Positions 40,608 to 48,941 of a stretch of DNA of 64,000 nt are shown piece by piece. This stretch comes from an uncultured Myxococcales bacterium (GTDB lineage: Bacteria; Myxococcota_A; UBA9042; DTJE01). Location of the stretch: positions 123,883-187,882 of the forward strand of contig CAIZWN010000005.1 of the NCBI GenBank assembly GCA_903936705.1, written 5' to 3'. The stretch's first letter is position 1. Each line of letters opens with the position of its first letter. Below the pieces are notes generated by a model. The model did not search any database, was not told the origin of the DNA, and saw nothing but the letters and a program-made list of their open reading frames with translations. A program made the position numbers and the translations under genes.

Positions 40608-41626
40608 GTCGCCCCCGAACCACCTCCTTCGGTGCAAAACACCGATCTGCGAAGCGAGCCGGTGTCCGCATGCACCACGTGGCCCACCCGGCTCGCCATC
40701 GACCTCTCTAACGCTTCCGCGCTGATCCTCCCTTGTTCGTGGGCGTGCTGCTGGTCCCGGATGCCGCGCAGGAACCGTCGCTTTGACGCCCCGCTAAGGC
40801 GGACAGCCTGCGGCCAGATCCTGAACCCCAGGAATGGCACACCATCGAAGACCGGAGCAGCCAGCGTCGCAGCGGCCTTGACCTCCAGGCGCAAATCCCT
40901 GGCCGTCAGATCCCGGATCGCGCTCTCCCACTGCCACATTTCGGCACGGCCGTTACCGAACAGCAACAGATCATCCATGTATCGGATGTACCCGGTTACC
41001 CCCAGGGTCTCCTTCACAAAGTGGTCAAGCTGTGACAGGTAGAAGTTTGCAAAGTGCTGGCTGGTCAGGTTACCGATGGGAAGGCCCATGCCCGGCTGCG
41101 ATCCGGGAGCCCCGTGGTCCACGAACACGTCCACCAACCACAACACGCGAGGGTCCTTCACGACCCGCCGCACCATCGCCTTCAGGACTGCGTGGTCAAC
41201 CGTCTCGAAGAACCTCCGGATGTCCATCTTCAGGAAGTACGGCTGCTGCCGCGAAAACTCCCTTGCCCGCCTCAACGCCGCGTGCGACCCCTTTCCGCAT
41301 CGGCAGGCATAACTGTCGAAAATGGCGACCCTCTCGAACACCGGTTCCAGCACGGTACACAACGCGTGATGCACCACGCGATCCCGGATGTCGGCCGCCG
41401 AGATGGTTCGTGGTTTCGGGTCCGACACCGTAAACGTCCGGTACGGGCGCGGCCAGTATGACCCGTCAAGAAGTTCGCGCTGCAAGGCCAGGACCTCGGT
41501 CTCGAGGTCGAAGACCAGCCTGGCGCAAACCGGCTTGCCTCGGCGCCCCCGCACAGCCAGTCGGGCTGCCTCGCACAGCGCGCCGAAATCCACCACACTA
41601 TCGAACAAAAATCCCGTTCGCTTCAT
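40589..41626 (-). CDS. DGR reverse transcriptase
   Basis: KPRTI, RDRVVHHAL, GLPIGNLTSQ, YIRYMDD, FLGF; ATG overlaps the Avd stop (ATGA); 3' end overlaps TR by 19 bp. Confidence 0.96.
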   Translation of the reverse strand: MKRTGFLFDSVVDFGALCEAARLAVRGRRGKPVCARLVFDLETEVLALQRELLDGSYWPRPYRTFTVSDPKPRTISAADIRDRVVHHALCTVLEPVFERVAIFDSYACRCGKGSHAALRRAREFSRQQPYFLKMDIRRFFETVDHAVLKAMVRRVVKDPRVLWLVDVFVDHGAPGSQPGMGLPIGNLTSQHFANFYLSQLDHFVKETLGVTGYIRYMDDLLLFGNGRAEMWQWESAIRDLTARDLRLEVKAAATLAAPVFDGVPFLGFRIWPQAVRLSGASKRRFLRGIRDQQHAHEQGRISAEALERSMASRVGHVVHADTGSLRRSVFCTEGGGSGATRALTG

Positions 41627-41967
41627 AACTGCGCTTGCTGCTTCAACCAACCCCCGACCATCCGGCCAGCCTCGTCCAGGCTGCGCGCCACGTGCTCGAA
41701 CCCGTGATGGTCAAGGTGGCCCTCGTCATGGCAGATCCTGGCCAGCACCCTAAGTTTCTCGATGTCGATACTTACCGCCTGTAACGCGCCAAATTTCTGG
41801 CGCGAATACCTGGCCTCGACCAGTCTTTCAACCACGTCCAGGGCAAGATTCTCCAGGCGCGAAGACAGCGTAAAGCGCACACGCTTCGGGAACTTCTGGG
41901 TCCTTGCCAGCAGGTCCCGCAGGAACGTCTCCCAAAGCGCGAACAGGGACAACTCGTCAGCCGGCAT
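41623..41967 (-). CDS. avd: Accessory variability determinant (four-helix bundle)
   Basis: KFPKRVRFTL..RL, LRVLARI, E.GRMVGGWLK; GGAGG RBS. Confidence 0.9.
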   Translation of the reverse strand: MPADELSLFALWETFLRDLLARTQKFPKRVRFTLSSRLENLALDVVERLVEARYSRQKFGALQAVSIDIEKLRVLARICHDEGHLDHHGFEHVARSLDEAGRMVGGWLKQQAQL

Positions 41968-42466
41968 CAGGAGCGCCCTCCACGACGGCTGGCACGGCAT
42001 CGCCAGGTTCCGCTGCCGCGGCAGCAACAAGCACCGCGATTATCTCGTCACCCCACCGGCTGGACTTGGCATCGCCGATCCCCTGGATCTCGCGCAGGGA
42101 GGTGGTCGTCTGTGGGTGGCGGACCGCGACATCGGCCAATTCGCGGTTATTCAGAATCATGTACGGAGGGATCCCCTCCCGTTTTGACCGCCGGCCCCGC
42201 CACAGTCGCAGTTGGTCATACAGGCGCTGCGCCTGGGGGTCGAGTTCCGCCCGCCAATCCTTTCGCGCCTCCTGGACGGCGCCATGCACCGCAGCCGGTG
42301 CATCCCGATATCGCATCAGCAATGCCCATGTGGGCACCCGGTCGTGCGTGAATTGGTAGTCCGAAACCTCTAGAACCTCCTTGTCCGTCTGGAAATCCAC
42401 AATTTCACGGTCGTCGAAGAGGCCTGTCACCGGATCAAGCCGCAGAGTGAACACCTTCAACTTCAT
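41957..42466 (-). CDS. HRDC-domain DGR accessory protein
   Basis: LYDQLRLWR......EGIPPYMILNNREL...L.EIQGIGDAK...WG. Confidence 0.88.
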   Translation of the reverse strand: MKLKVFTLRLDPVTGLFDDREIVDFQTDKEVLEVSDYQFTHDRVPTWALLMRYRDAPAAVHGAVQEARKDWRAELDPQAQRLYDQLRLWRGRRSKREGIPPYMILNNRELADVAVRHPQTTTSLREIQGIGDAKSSRWGDEIIAVLVAAAAAEPGDAVPAVVEGAPDAG

Positions 42467-42504
42467 GCGAACCTCATTCTGTCATGGTCCCTGCCTATCG
42501 CGAT

Positions 42505-42521
42505 CCCGCCCTTCGGGCGGG
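42505..42521 (-). other. GC hairpin with GAA triloop downstream of VR
   Basis: CCCGCCC-GAA-GGGCGGG on the coding strand. Confidence 0.5.
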
Positions 42522-42624
42522 CGCCGCCGCTGCGTTGCGGGCGTCCGCTCGCTGTGGCTCGCTTCACGCCCTCCACTACGCGACGGCGCAGGACACAAGG
42601 ATCCAAGCGTCCAAGGGCCAAGGG

Positions 42625-44778
42625 TTACGGGCTTGACCTCGAAGGGCGCAGCCCCAGGATGTAGCTGCGGTCGCCCGGGACGCTGCCGCTGCGGCTCGCA
42701 GCCCGGGCGTACCTGGCAACGTAGTACCAGGAGCCGCCCCGACCCACCCGGTAAGAGCCCGTTGGCGCGCCTGTCGGATCCGTCACCGTCCCTGGATACG
42801 TCCCGTACCAATCCCCAGTCCACTCCCAAACGTTCCCTAGCATGTCGTACAGGCCCCAGGCGTTCGGGGTCTTGCCCTTGGCTGCGTGTGTCTTGCTGGA
42901 GGAGTTCCCGCAAAACCAGGCAATCGGATCAAGAACCGTGTTTGGCTGTTCGCAACTAATCAACGTACTCGTCCCGTTGTACGTCCCGGTCGTCGTACCT
43001 GCTCTCGCAGCGTACTCCCACTCCGATTCCGTCGGCAGGCGGTAGCCTGTGCAGGTCAGTCCCGCAAACGTTACGCCGGTGCAGGTGTATCCAGACACCC
43101 CAGGTGTTCCCGTGCACCCAGTCAACGTGTAGCACGAAGACAATCCCTGGCTCGACGACAGTTTGTTGCAGTACGCTACCGAGTCCCACCAGGAAACCGT
43201 CTCAACCGGGCAGTCGGTACCGCATGTCGAGAAAGACGACGGGTTGTTACCCATCAATGCCTGCCATTCACCCTGCGTTACCTCGGTCGCCTTCAGACAG
43301 AATGACTTCGAGATCGTTACCTGATGCTCGGTCTCGTTGGTAACACGCCCAGGCTCCGTTGACGGAGACCCCATCGTGAACGTCCCAGACGGGACCAGGA
43401 CGTACCCCAAGGGACAGCCACTGCTTGGGTCGCACACGCCTGCCGTGCATCCGTATTGGCACGTCTGCGCCAAGGACCCTACGTTCCCGCACGAGTCGTA
43501 CCAATAAACGCTCCCGCCTGAACATGCCTTGTGGTCGTTCGCGTTGCAGCACGTTCCCGAAACACACCCGCCCCCAGTGCCACAGGTCGTGCCATCAATC
43601 GCATTGCTCCACACCGAAGTGCTCTTCGTCGTCGTACACACCTTGCACAAGTTCGTCCCGTTCGCCGCACCCTCCGCGTAACACGTCCCGGCGATAAGGC
43701 AGTACCCTCCCTGAAGAGTGTTCGCGCATCCCGACGTCACGTTGCAGAGGTCCTTGGTACAAGCCTTGCCGTCGTCGCAGGCAACGCCCGTCTGCGTGGG
43801 GCAATTCCCACCGGAGCAATTGACCGCTGTGTAGAATTTCCCCAGTTCGCACTTTGCTAGGGCGCATTCCAATGTGTTGTTCGTGTGGCCGCAACCAGCC
43901 AGCGGGTCGCACGAATCAGTGGTGCAGATTTCCCCGTCGTTGCAATCCTGGGGGGTACTGTCGCCAGTGCAAGTATTCGAGAGGCATGTCTGGCCGGGTG
44001 TCAGCTTCAGCAGGTTGCAGGCGCTCTTGGGACAAGTGCCACACTCGACGCCGCAACCGTCGTCGCCGCAGCCCTTGTTCGTGCAATCGCCCACGCAATC
44101 CTTGCAAATCGCGGCTGCGCAGCCGTACGGGCAATCGGCGGTTTTCGCGCCTTTGGCCCCGCAACTGTCGAACCAGCAGACCGCATTCCCGCAGCAACCC
44201 TTCAGGGCCTCGGCCACACACGAACACGTCCCCGCGACGCATTTCTTCCCGTCCTTACAAGTTCCACATTGACCGTCGCAACCGTCATCCCCGCAATTCT
44301 TCCCGTCGCATTTGGGAACGCAGATGTCCGGACCTGTATCCCTGGGCGATACACCCTCGTCGTCTGGTGCGACGTCCGTGTTCGAATCCGGACGCACAAT
44401 CGCGTCGATGTCCTGTGACGAGTCCGGATTCGTACCAAAGTCATCGCGACCATCTAAACCAGGGTCGTTATTCGTGTCCGGCTTGTCGCCAAGGTCCCTG
44501 GCGTCCGCGTCGTGGCTGTCGGACTGCACGATGTCGAGATCAGTCGTGCAACCGGCAGGTGCCGATTCCCCGTTCTTCACGCACACCAACAGACCATTCG
44601 TGGCCGGACATGGAACGCACGACCAACCGCTTCCGCAGTCACCGTCAACCTTGCATTGGAAGTACATGTCCGAAGGAATGCCCTTGTGGCAGGAGATGTT
44701 CAGGATGCAGGCCGACATCAGGATCATCGCGGCGGCCGTCGAGATCGCGCTGTGACGGGTCAAAGGGTTTGTCATCAC
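42625..44778 (-). CDS. DGR target: Cys-rich lipoprotein with C-terminal FGE-sulfatase (CLec-fold) domain
   Basis: Leader ending NISC; CGDDGC and C.DG..CT.D.C repeats; F.MGS, EVTQ, RLPTESEWEYAARAG, NAWGLYDMLGNVWEW; VR at the C-terminus. Confidence 0.93.
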   Translation of the reverse strand: MMTNPLTRHSAISTAAAMILMSACILNISCHKGIPSDMYFQCKVDGDCGSGWSCVPCPATNGLLVCVKNGESAPAGCTTDLDIVQSDSHDADARDLGDKPDTNNDPGLDGRDDFGTNPDSSQDIDAIVRPDSNTDVAPDDEGVSPRDTGPDICVPKCDGKNCGDDGCDGQCGTCKDGKKCVAGTCSCVAEALKGCCGNAVCWFDSCGAKGAKTADCPYGCAAAICKDCVGDCTNKGCGDDGCGVECGTCPKSACNLLKLTPGQTCLSNTCTGDSTPQDCNDGEICTTDSCDPLAGCGHTNNTLECALAKCELGKFYTAVNCSGGNCPTQTGVACDDGKACTKDLCNVTSGCANTLQGGYCLIAGTCYAEGAANGTNLCKVCTTTKSTSVWSNAIDGTTCGTGGGCVSGTCCNANDHKACSGGSVYWYDSCGNVGSLAQTCQYGCTAGVCDPSSGCPLGYVLVPSGTFTMGSPSTEPGRVTNETEHQVTISKSFCLKATEVTQGEWQALMGNNPSSFSTCGTDCPVETVSWWDSVAYCNKLSSSQGLSSCYTLTGCTGTPGVSGYTCTGVTFAGLTCTGYRLPTESEWEYAARAGTTTGTYNGTSTLISCEQPNTVLDPIAWFCGNSSSKTHAAKGKTPNAWGLYDMLGNVWEWTGDWYGTYPGTVTDPTGAPTGSYRVGRGGSWYYVARYARAASRSGSVPGDRSYILGLRPSRSSP
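42638..42762 (-). repeat. DGR variable repeat (VR)
   Basis: Colinear with TR; 15 codons changed, all at TR adenines. Confidence 0.96.
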
Positions 44779-46025
44779 CAGAACCTCCCCGTCGCCTGAA
44801 CTACCGCTCCGCCTGGGACTGGGCCTGCCGACAGGGCGACAGATGCTGCTCCTGGCTTGCCTGCCGAAGTCCTCTTGGCGTCAAGAATCGCAAGAACAAC
44901 CCCGGTGACTATGGCCGCGCCACCGATGGAGTACATGGCGATGCTGGCATTTGACATCTTGTCTGCCGATGACAGCAGGGACAGCACATCGGCCCGGGTC
45001 ATGCCAGACAGGTTTGACGACCCAATCGACAACGTCTTTGCATCATCCACCTTTGCCCGATCCTTGGACGCGAGGCCGGTCAGGACACCACCGGTGATCA
45101 CCATGGCCGCTCCCGTGCCAAGGGTCACCCATTGCCAGGGGGAGTATTTGGCTGGCGACACTTTCGCTGCGACTACCGGCGCCGCCAGTTTACTGGGCAT
45201 GACGGCAGAGATTTTTGGCTGGGCAGGAGGCAATGCAACCACCTTCGGCGGGATTGCTTGAAGTACGGCGTCAATCGCGACTGAGGCCCCGGGGGCGACT
45301 TCAATCTCCTGGGTGAATTTCTCGTACCCATCGGCAGTGGCCTCGACCTTGATATGGCCCGGCGTCACGACGAAGGGCCGGTCGATGGGCGTCACCCTGG
45401 GATCGCGGCTATTCACGGTCACGCGGGTACCTCGGACTGGGCATCTGATCGTCACCTGGGCGGGCAAGGGGCGCAGAGCCATCAGAACCCGGACCTCGCC
45501 GCCTGGGGGTATCACCACGGTCTTGCTGTCGGGTGCGCGGCCTTCTAGTTTCGCCACTACCTCGTGGTTGCCTCGCACCAGTTGAATGGAGATCGGCAGA
45601 CGTGTCGCAGCAACCGGCTTGCCGTCCACTTCCACAATGGCACCAGGAGTATCCGTCTCGATGACAAGTGTTCCAGGAATCCTGTCCAGCACGTCCTGCA
45701 ACCGCTGGCGGCCCTTGGCCAGGCGGTCCTGATCCTTCTCGTCTGATATGTATCGTTCGTAGTACTCGCGGGCCCGGGGCATGTCGCCCTTCTTGTCGTA
45801 CAGGCGGCCGATGTTGTACAGCAGCGCCGCATCGGGTTCGAGGCCGTAGGCCCGCTTGAAAAGGGCTATTGCCTCGTCGTGCTTGCCCTCGCTGGCCAGC
45901 ACTTCCGCCGTGCGAGCGACGGCCTGGGCCGTGTCGCTGGCAGTCTGCCCTTGTGCCTTGAGGGCAGCCAGCGACAGCAGGAAGATCGCCGCAACCATGG
46001 CCAGGCGAGGCGTCTTTGCGCTCAT
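44775..46025 (-). CDS. TPR + PEGA domain exported protein
   Basis: Signal peptide; TPR (A...FKRAY..LLYNIGR); PEGA repeats; hydrophobic C-terminal segments ending GRFW; stop overlaps target ATG. Confidence 0.85.
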   Translation of the reverse strand: MSAKTPRLAMVAAIFLLSLAALKAQGQTASDTAQAVARTAEVLASEGKHDEAIALFKRAYGLEPDAALLYNIGRLYDKKGDMPRAREYYERYISDEKDQDRLAKGRQRLQDVLDRIPGTLVIETDTPGAIVEVDGKPVAATRLPISIQLVRGNHEVVAKLEGRAPDSKTVVIPPGGEVRVLMALRPLPAQVTIRCPVRGTRVTVNSRDPRVTPIDRPFVVTPGHIKVEATADGYEKFTQEIEVAPGASVAIDAVLQAIPPKVVALPPAQPKISAVMPSKLAAPVVAAKVSPAKYSPWQWVTLGTGAAMVITGGVLTGLASKDRAKVDDAKTLSIGSSNLSGMTRADVLSLLSSADKMSNASIAMYSIGGAAIVTGVVLAILDAKRTSAGKPGAASVALSAGPVPGGAVVQATGRFW

Positions 46026-46039
46026 TGTGCACCTCTAAT

Positions 46040-47770
46040 CTAATCCAGGAGGTTGAACTTCTTCTTGATCGGTTTCGGCGCGATCGGAGCTGCCCGCTTT
46101 ACCTGCCTCGAAGGCGCATCCGGCTTCTTGGCGGCGCGAGGATCGGCCACCGCCGGTGCATCAGGCGTGTTCACAACCGGCACGGCTGGCGGCTTGGGTT
46201 TCGCGACAACCGGTTGCGCCACAACCGGTTCCGCAACAACTGGCTTCGCCACAACCGGTTCCGCCACAGCTGGTGCCGCAACAACTGGCTTCGCAACAAC
46301 TGGTTCCGCGACCGGGGCTTCCGCGGCAGCAGCGGCAGGCTGCGGTGCTGCAACCGGGGCGGCCGGAGTCACAGGCGGCAAGACAGGCTTGATAACCGCA
46401 GGCGGCGCGATTGGCATGACCGCAGACGGCGCGATTGGCTTGATCACAGCAGGCGCCACGACGTCCTTGATATTCGCCTGTTCAGGCGGCCCGCCCCCGC
46501 CGGCCATGACAGCCACGATGGCGATGGCAGCAAGCACAACAGCGGCAAGCCCGATCCATTTCCAGGGAATTGCCCTCTGTCCAGGCAGCAACCCCGGAAA
46601 CTGGGCCGATTCCTGCGACGCGTTGGATTCCTTCGACGCCATGGATTCCCTTGACGCCATGAATTCCTTCGACGCCGTGGTTGTAATCGCAGGCAGAGGG
46701 GACGTCGCTGGCTCGGGGGCCCGCGCCACTGTCGCGTCAGGAACGACCTTTACAACCTGGGTTGTGGACCCCTGCACCGTGACCACGTCAGGTATCGGAA
46801 CCAGTTCGGCTGACGACTCTTCCATCACTTCGGCCAGCAATCGCGTGACCATTTCGGCACTGGACGGGCGAGCGTCCTTGTCCTTGGCCAACAGGCTTGC
46901 CAGCAACCGTTCCAGCCGCACCGGCACGCGGACATCAGGATTGACGTGGAACACGGACGGCGGCTGACCCTGGACCTTCTTCATCATCACATCGAGGGGA
47001 GTCTCACCCTCGAATGGTGGCCTGCCCGCCAGCATCTCGAACAGGATAACGCCCAGAGAATACAGATCCGTTCGCGGGTCCAGCCCCTTCGCCTGGGCCT
47101 GTTCGGGACTCATGTAGGTAGGCGTCCCGAAAGCCAGGCCGGTTCCGGTGAGGTGGCTGCCTGTGCCGTCGGCCCCGGTCAGCTTCGCGATCCCGAAGTC
47201 CAGCACCTTCACGAATTCATTGCGCCCGGTGCCCTCCAGGATGAACACGTTGTCAGGCTTCAGGTCGCGATGGATGATGCCGACCTGATGGGCCTCGGCC
47301 AGGGATTCAAGGATCTGTTCCGCAATACGAACGGCCTTGGCAGGTTCCATCGGCCGTTCAAGAGCACGAAGAACCTGCGCAAGCGTGCGGCCACGCAGCA
47401 GTTCCATCGCAATATATAGAAGGCCCTCTTCCGTCTGCCCGAAATCGTGAACGACTATGGTGTGAGGGCTGGCCAGCTTGCTGACGGCCCGCGCCTCGCG
47501 GAAGAATCGCTTGACCGCATCCTCGCTGTGGGCCATGTCACGGCGCAGCACCTTCAGGGCAACGTCGCGATCCATCGAATGCTGGTGTGCACGGTAGACG
47601 GCGCCCATGCCGCCCTTGCCAAGGAGATCCCTGACAGTGAAGCGGCCATCCAGGGTCTTGCCGATGATGTCATCTTCCGGGGCGAACACCAGAGTAGGGG
47701 ATCCATCGTCCGGACAACGCGTAACGTTGCCGTCAAACTTGCGTCCACATGTGGCGCAAACACGTGGCAT
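46040..47770 (-). CDS. Membrane Ser/Thr protein kinase
   Basis: N-terminal Cys ribbon; GKGGMGAVY, VALK, HRDLKPDN, DFG; TM helix; Pro/Ala/Val-rich tail. Confidence 0.93.
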   Translation of the reverse strand: MPRVCATCGRKFDGNVTRCPDDGSPTLVFAPEDDIIGKTLDGRFTVRDLLGKGGMGAVYRAHQHSMDRDVALKVLRRDMAHSEDAVKRFFREARAVSKLASPHTIVVHDFGQTEEGLLYIAMELLRGRTLAQVLRALERPMEPAKAVRIAEQILESLAEAHQVGIIHRDLKPDNVFILEGTGRNEFVKVLDFGIAKLTGADGTGSHLTGTGLAFGTPTYMSPEQAQAKGLDPRTDLYSLGVILFEMLAGRPPFEGETPLDVMMKKVQGQPPSVFHVNPDVRVPVRLERLLASLLAKDKDARPSSAEMVTRLLAEVMEESSAELVPIPDVVTVQGSTTQVVKVVPDATVARAPEPATSPLPAITTTASKEFMASRESMASKESNASQESAQFPGLLPGQRAIPWKWIGLAAVVLAAIAIVAVMAGGGGPPEQANIKDVVAPAVIKPIAPSAVMPIAPPAVIKPVLPPVTPAAPVAAPQPAAAAAEAPVAEPVVAKPVVAAPAVAEPVVAKPVVAEPVVAQPVVAKPKPPAVPVVNTPDAPAVADPRAAKKPDAPSRQVKRAAPIAPKPIKKKFNLLD

Positions 47771-47895
47771 GCGGCTGATCCTCCGGGCAGTAGTCTAGTC
47801 GAATCAAGCCCCTGCGGATACATATGATTCCGTCACCACCGGATTGACTGACACCTAACGCACGGATATGCTTGATCCCGTTGCAAGGATTGACG

Positions 47896-48225
47896 ATGCG
47901 AGCCCTGTCGCACATGGAAGAATCAGTACGTCGCCGGATTCTGGAAGTCGTATTCCGGCGCCTGTCCCCGGCCGATTGGGACGTCACCCTTTTCGGGTCA
48001 TTTGCGCGTGGAACCGCCACGCCTGCCTCGGATATCGATATTGCCCTTCAAGGACCGGGGCCCCTGCCAACGGCGGCAGCCGAACGAATCATCGCAGACC
48101 TTGAGGAATCGGTGCCTATGCTGCGGGATTTCGACCTGGTAGACCTGTCCACGGCAAATCCTGCACTGAAAAAACGGGTCCAGGCCGAGGGGAAATCATG
48201 GCATCGGGCGACGAAGACGGCGTGA
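47896..48225 (+). CDS. MNT nucleotidyltransferase antitoxin
   Basis: LFGSFARG....SDIDIA, DLVD. Confidence 0.88.
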   Translation: MRALSHMEESVRRRILEVVFRRLSPADWDVTLFGSFARGTATPASDIDIALQGPGPLPTAAAERIIADLEESVPMLRDFDLVDLSTANPALKKRVQAEGKSWHRATKTA

Positions 48226-48599
48226 GACTTGCGCGGTTCCGACAGACGCTGGCGGCTCTGGAGGAAGTACTCCCGAATCTGCCTTCCGTCCCTGCGTCCA
48301 TCCTGCGCGATTCCCGAATTCAACGGTTCGAGTTCACATTCGAGGCTACCTGGAAACTGTTGCAGGCAACTGCGAATGCGGAAGGGCTTGAAGGATCCAG
48401 TCCACGGAAGGCTTTCCAGTACGCCATTTCTACCGGCCTGCTGGATCCTGAAGACGAGACGACCGCATGGGATCTCCTGCGTTACAGAAACCTGACCGTC
48501 CACACCTACGACGAGAATCTCGCCGCAGAGGTTGAAGAATTCATACTAGACACAGCCCTACCTCTGTTCCGAAAGATTGCAGCACGAACCGACACCTGA
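48198..48599 (+). CDS. HEPN / HI0074-family toxin
   Basis: IQRFEFTFE..WK, SPR, RNLTVHTY (R-X4-H). Confidence 0.88.
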   Translation: MASGDEDGVRLARFRQTLAALEEVLPNLPSVPASILRDSRIQRFEFTFEATWKLLQATANAEGLEGSSPRKAFQYAISTGLLDPEDETTAWDLLRYRNLTVHTYDENLAAEVEEFILDTALPLFRKIAARTDT

Positions 48600-48656
48600 T
48601 CCATCCCCTTAACCGACGCCAACCATACGCCAGAAAGGTCCTCAACCAACGTCCGC

Positions 48657-48814
48657 GGGCCGGTTCCGGGGGTGCTCCGGAGGGAGCCGTCGGAGGCGCG
48701 GCCCACCATACGGGGGAAATAGATGATTGGGCCGCGCCGAGACTGCAGGAGGCCGGTGGGGGCAGAGCCCCCGCCGGAACTCCGGTCCCGGAGGGGCACC
48801 CCCGGAACCGGCCC
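48657..48814. other. Highly structured intergenic element (ncRNA/MITE/REPIN candidate)
   Basis: Perfect 19-bp terminal inverted repeat plus two internal 11-bp hairpins. Confidence 0.55.
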
Positions 48815-48941
48815 TCCGTAGAGTCACGCTATCGCCAACCGGCTCCAATTACTGCGCCACCTGGGATCTTCGACCTTCTTGTTCCTTGAAGGCCGTCCAG
48901 CAATCGGCCAGAATCGTTCGCAGTCCGGCCAGGGGGTCCCG

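Larger units (their letters stand above)
40311..44778 (-). mobile_element. Diversity-generating retroelement (target-HRDC-Avd-RT-TR)
   Basis: DGR-type RT, Avd, TR/VR pair with adenine-only mismatches. Confidence 0.96.

Noticed and set aside
40589-41626. RT as group II intron, retron or CRISPR-associated RT
   Set aside because: No maturase/endonuclease extension or cas1; has the GNLTSQ motif, Avd and TR/VR
39525-48599. Prophage carrying the DGR
   Set aside because: No capsid, terminase, tail or integrase genes in the window
48657-48814. attC site, tRNA or Rho-independent terminator
   Set aside because: No RYYYAAC/GTTRRRY ends, no T-loop/CCA pattern, no U-tract
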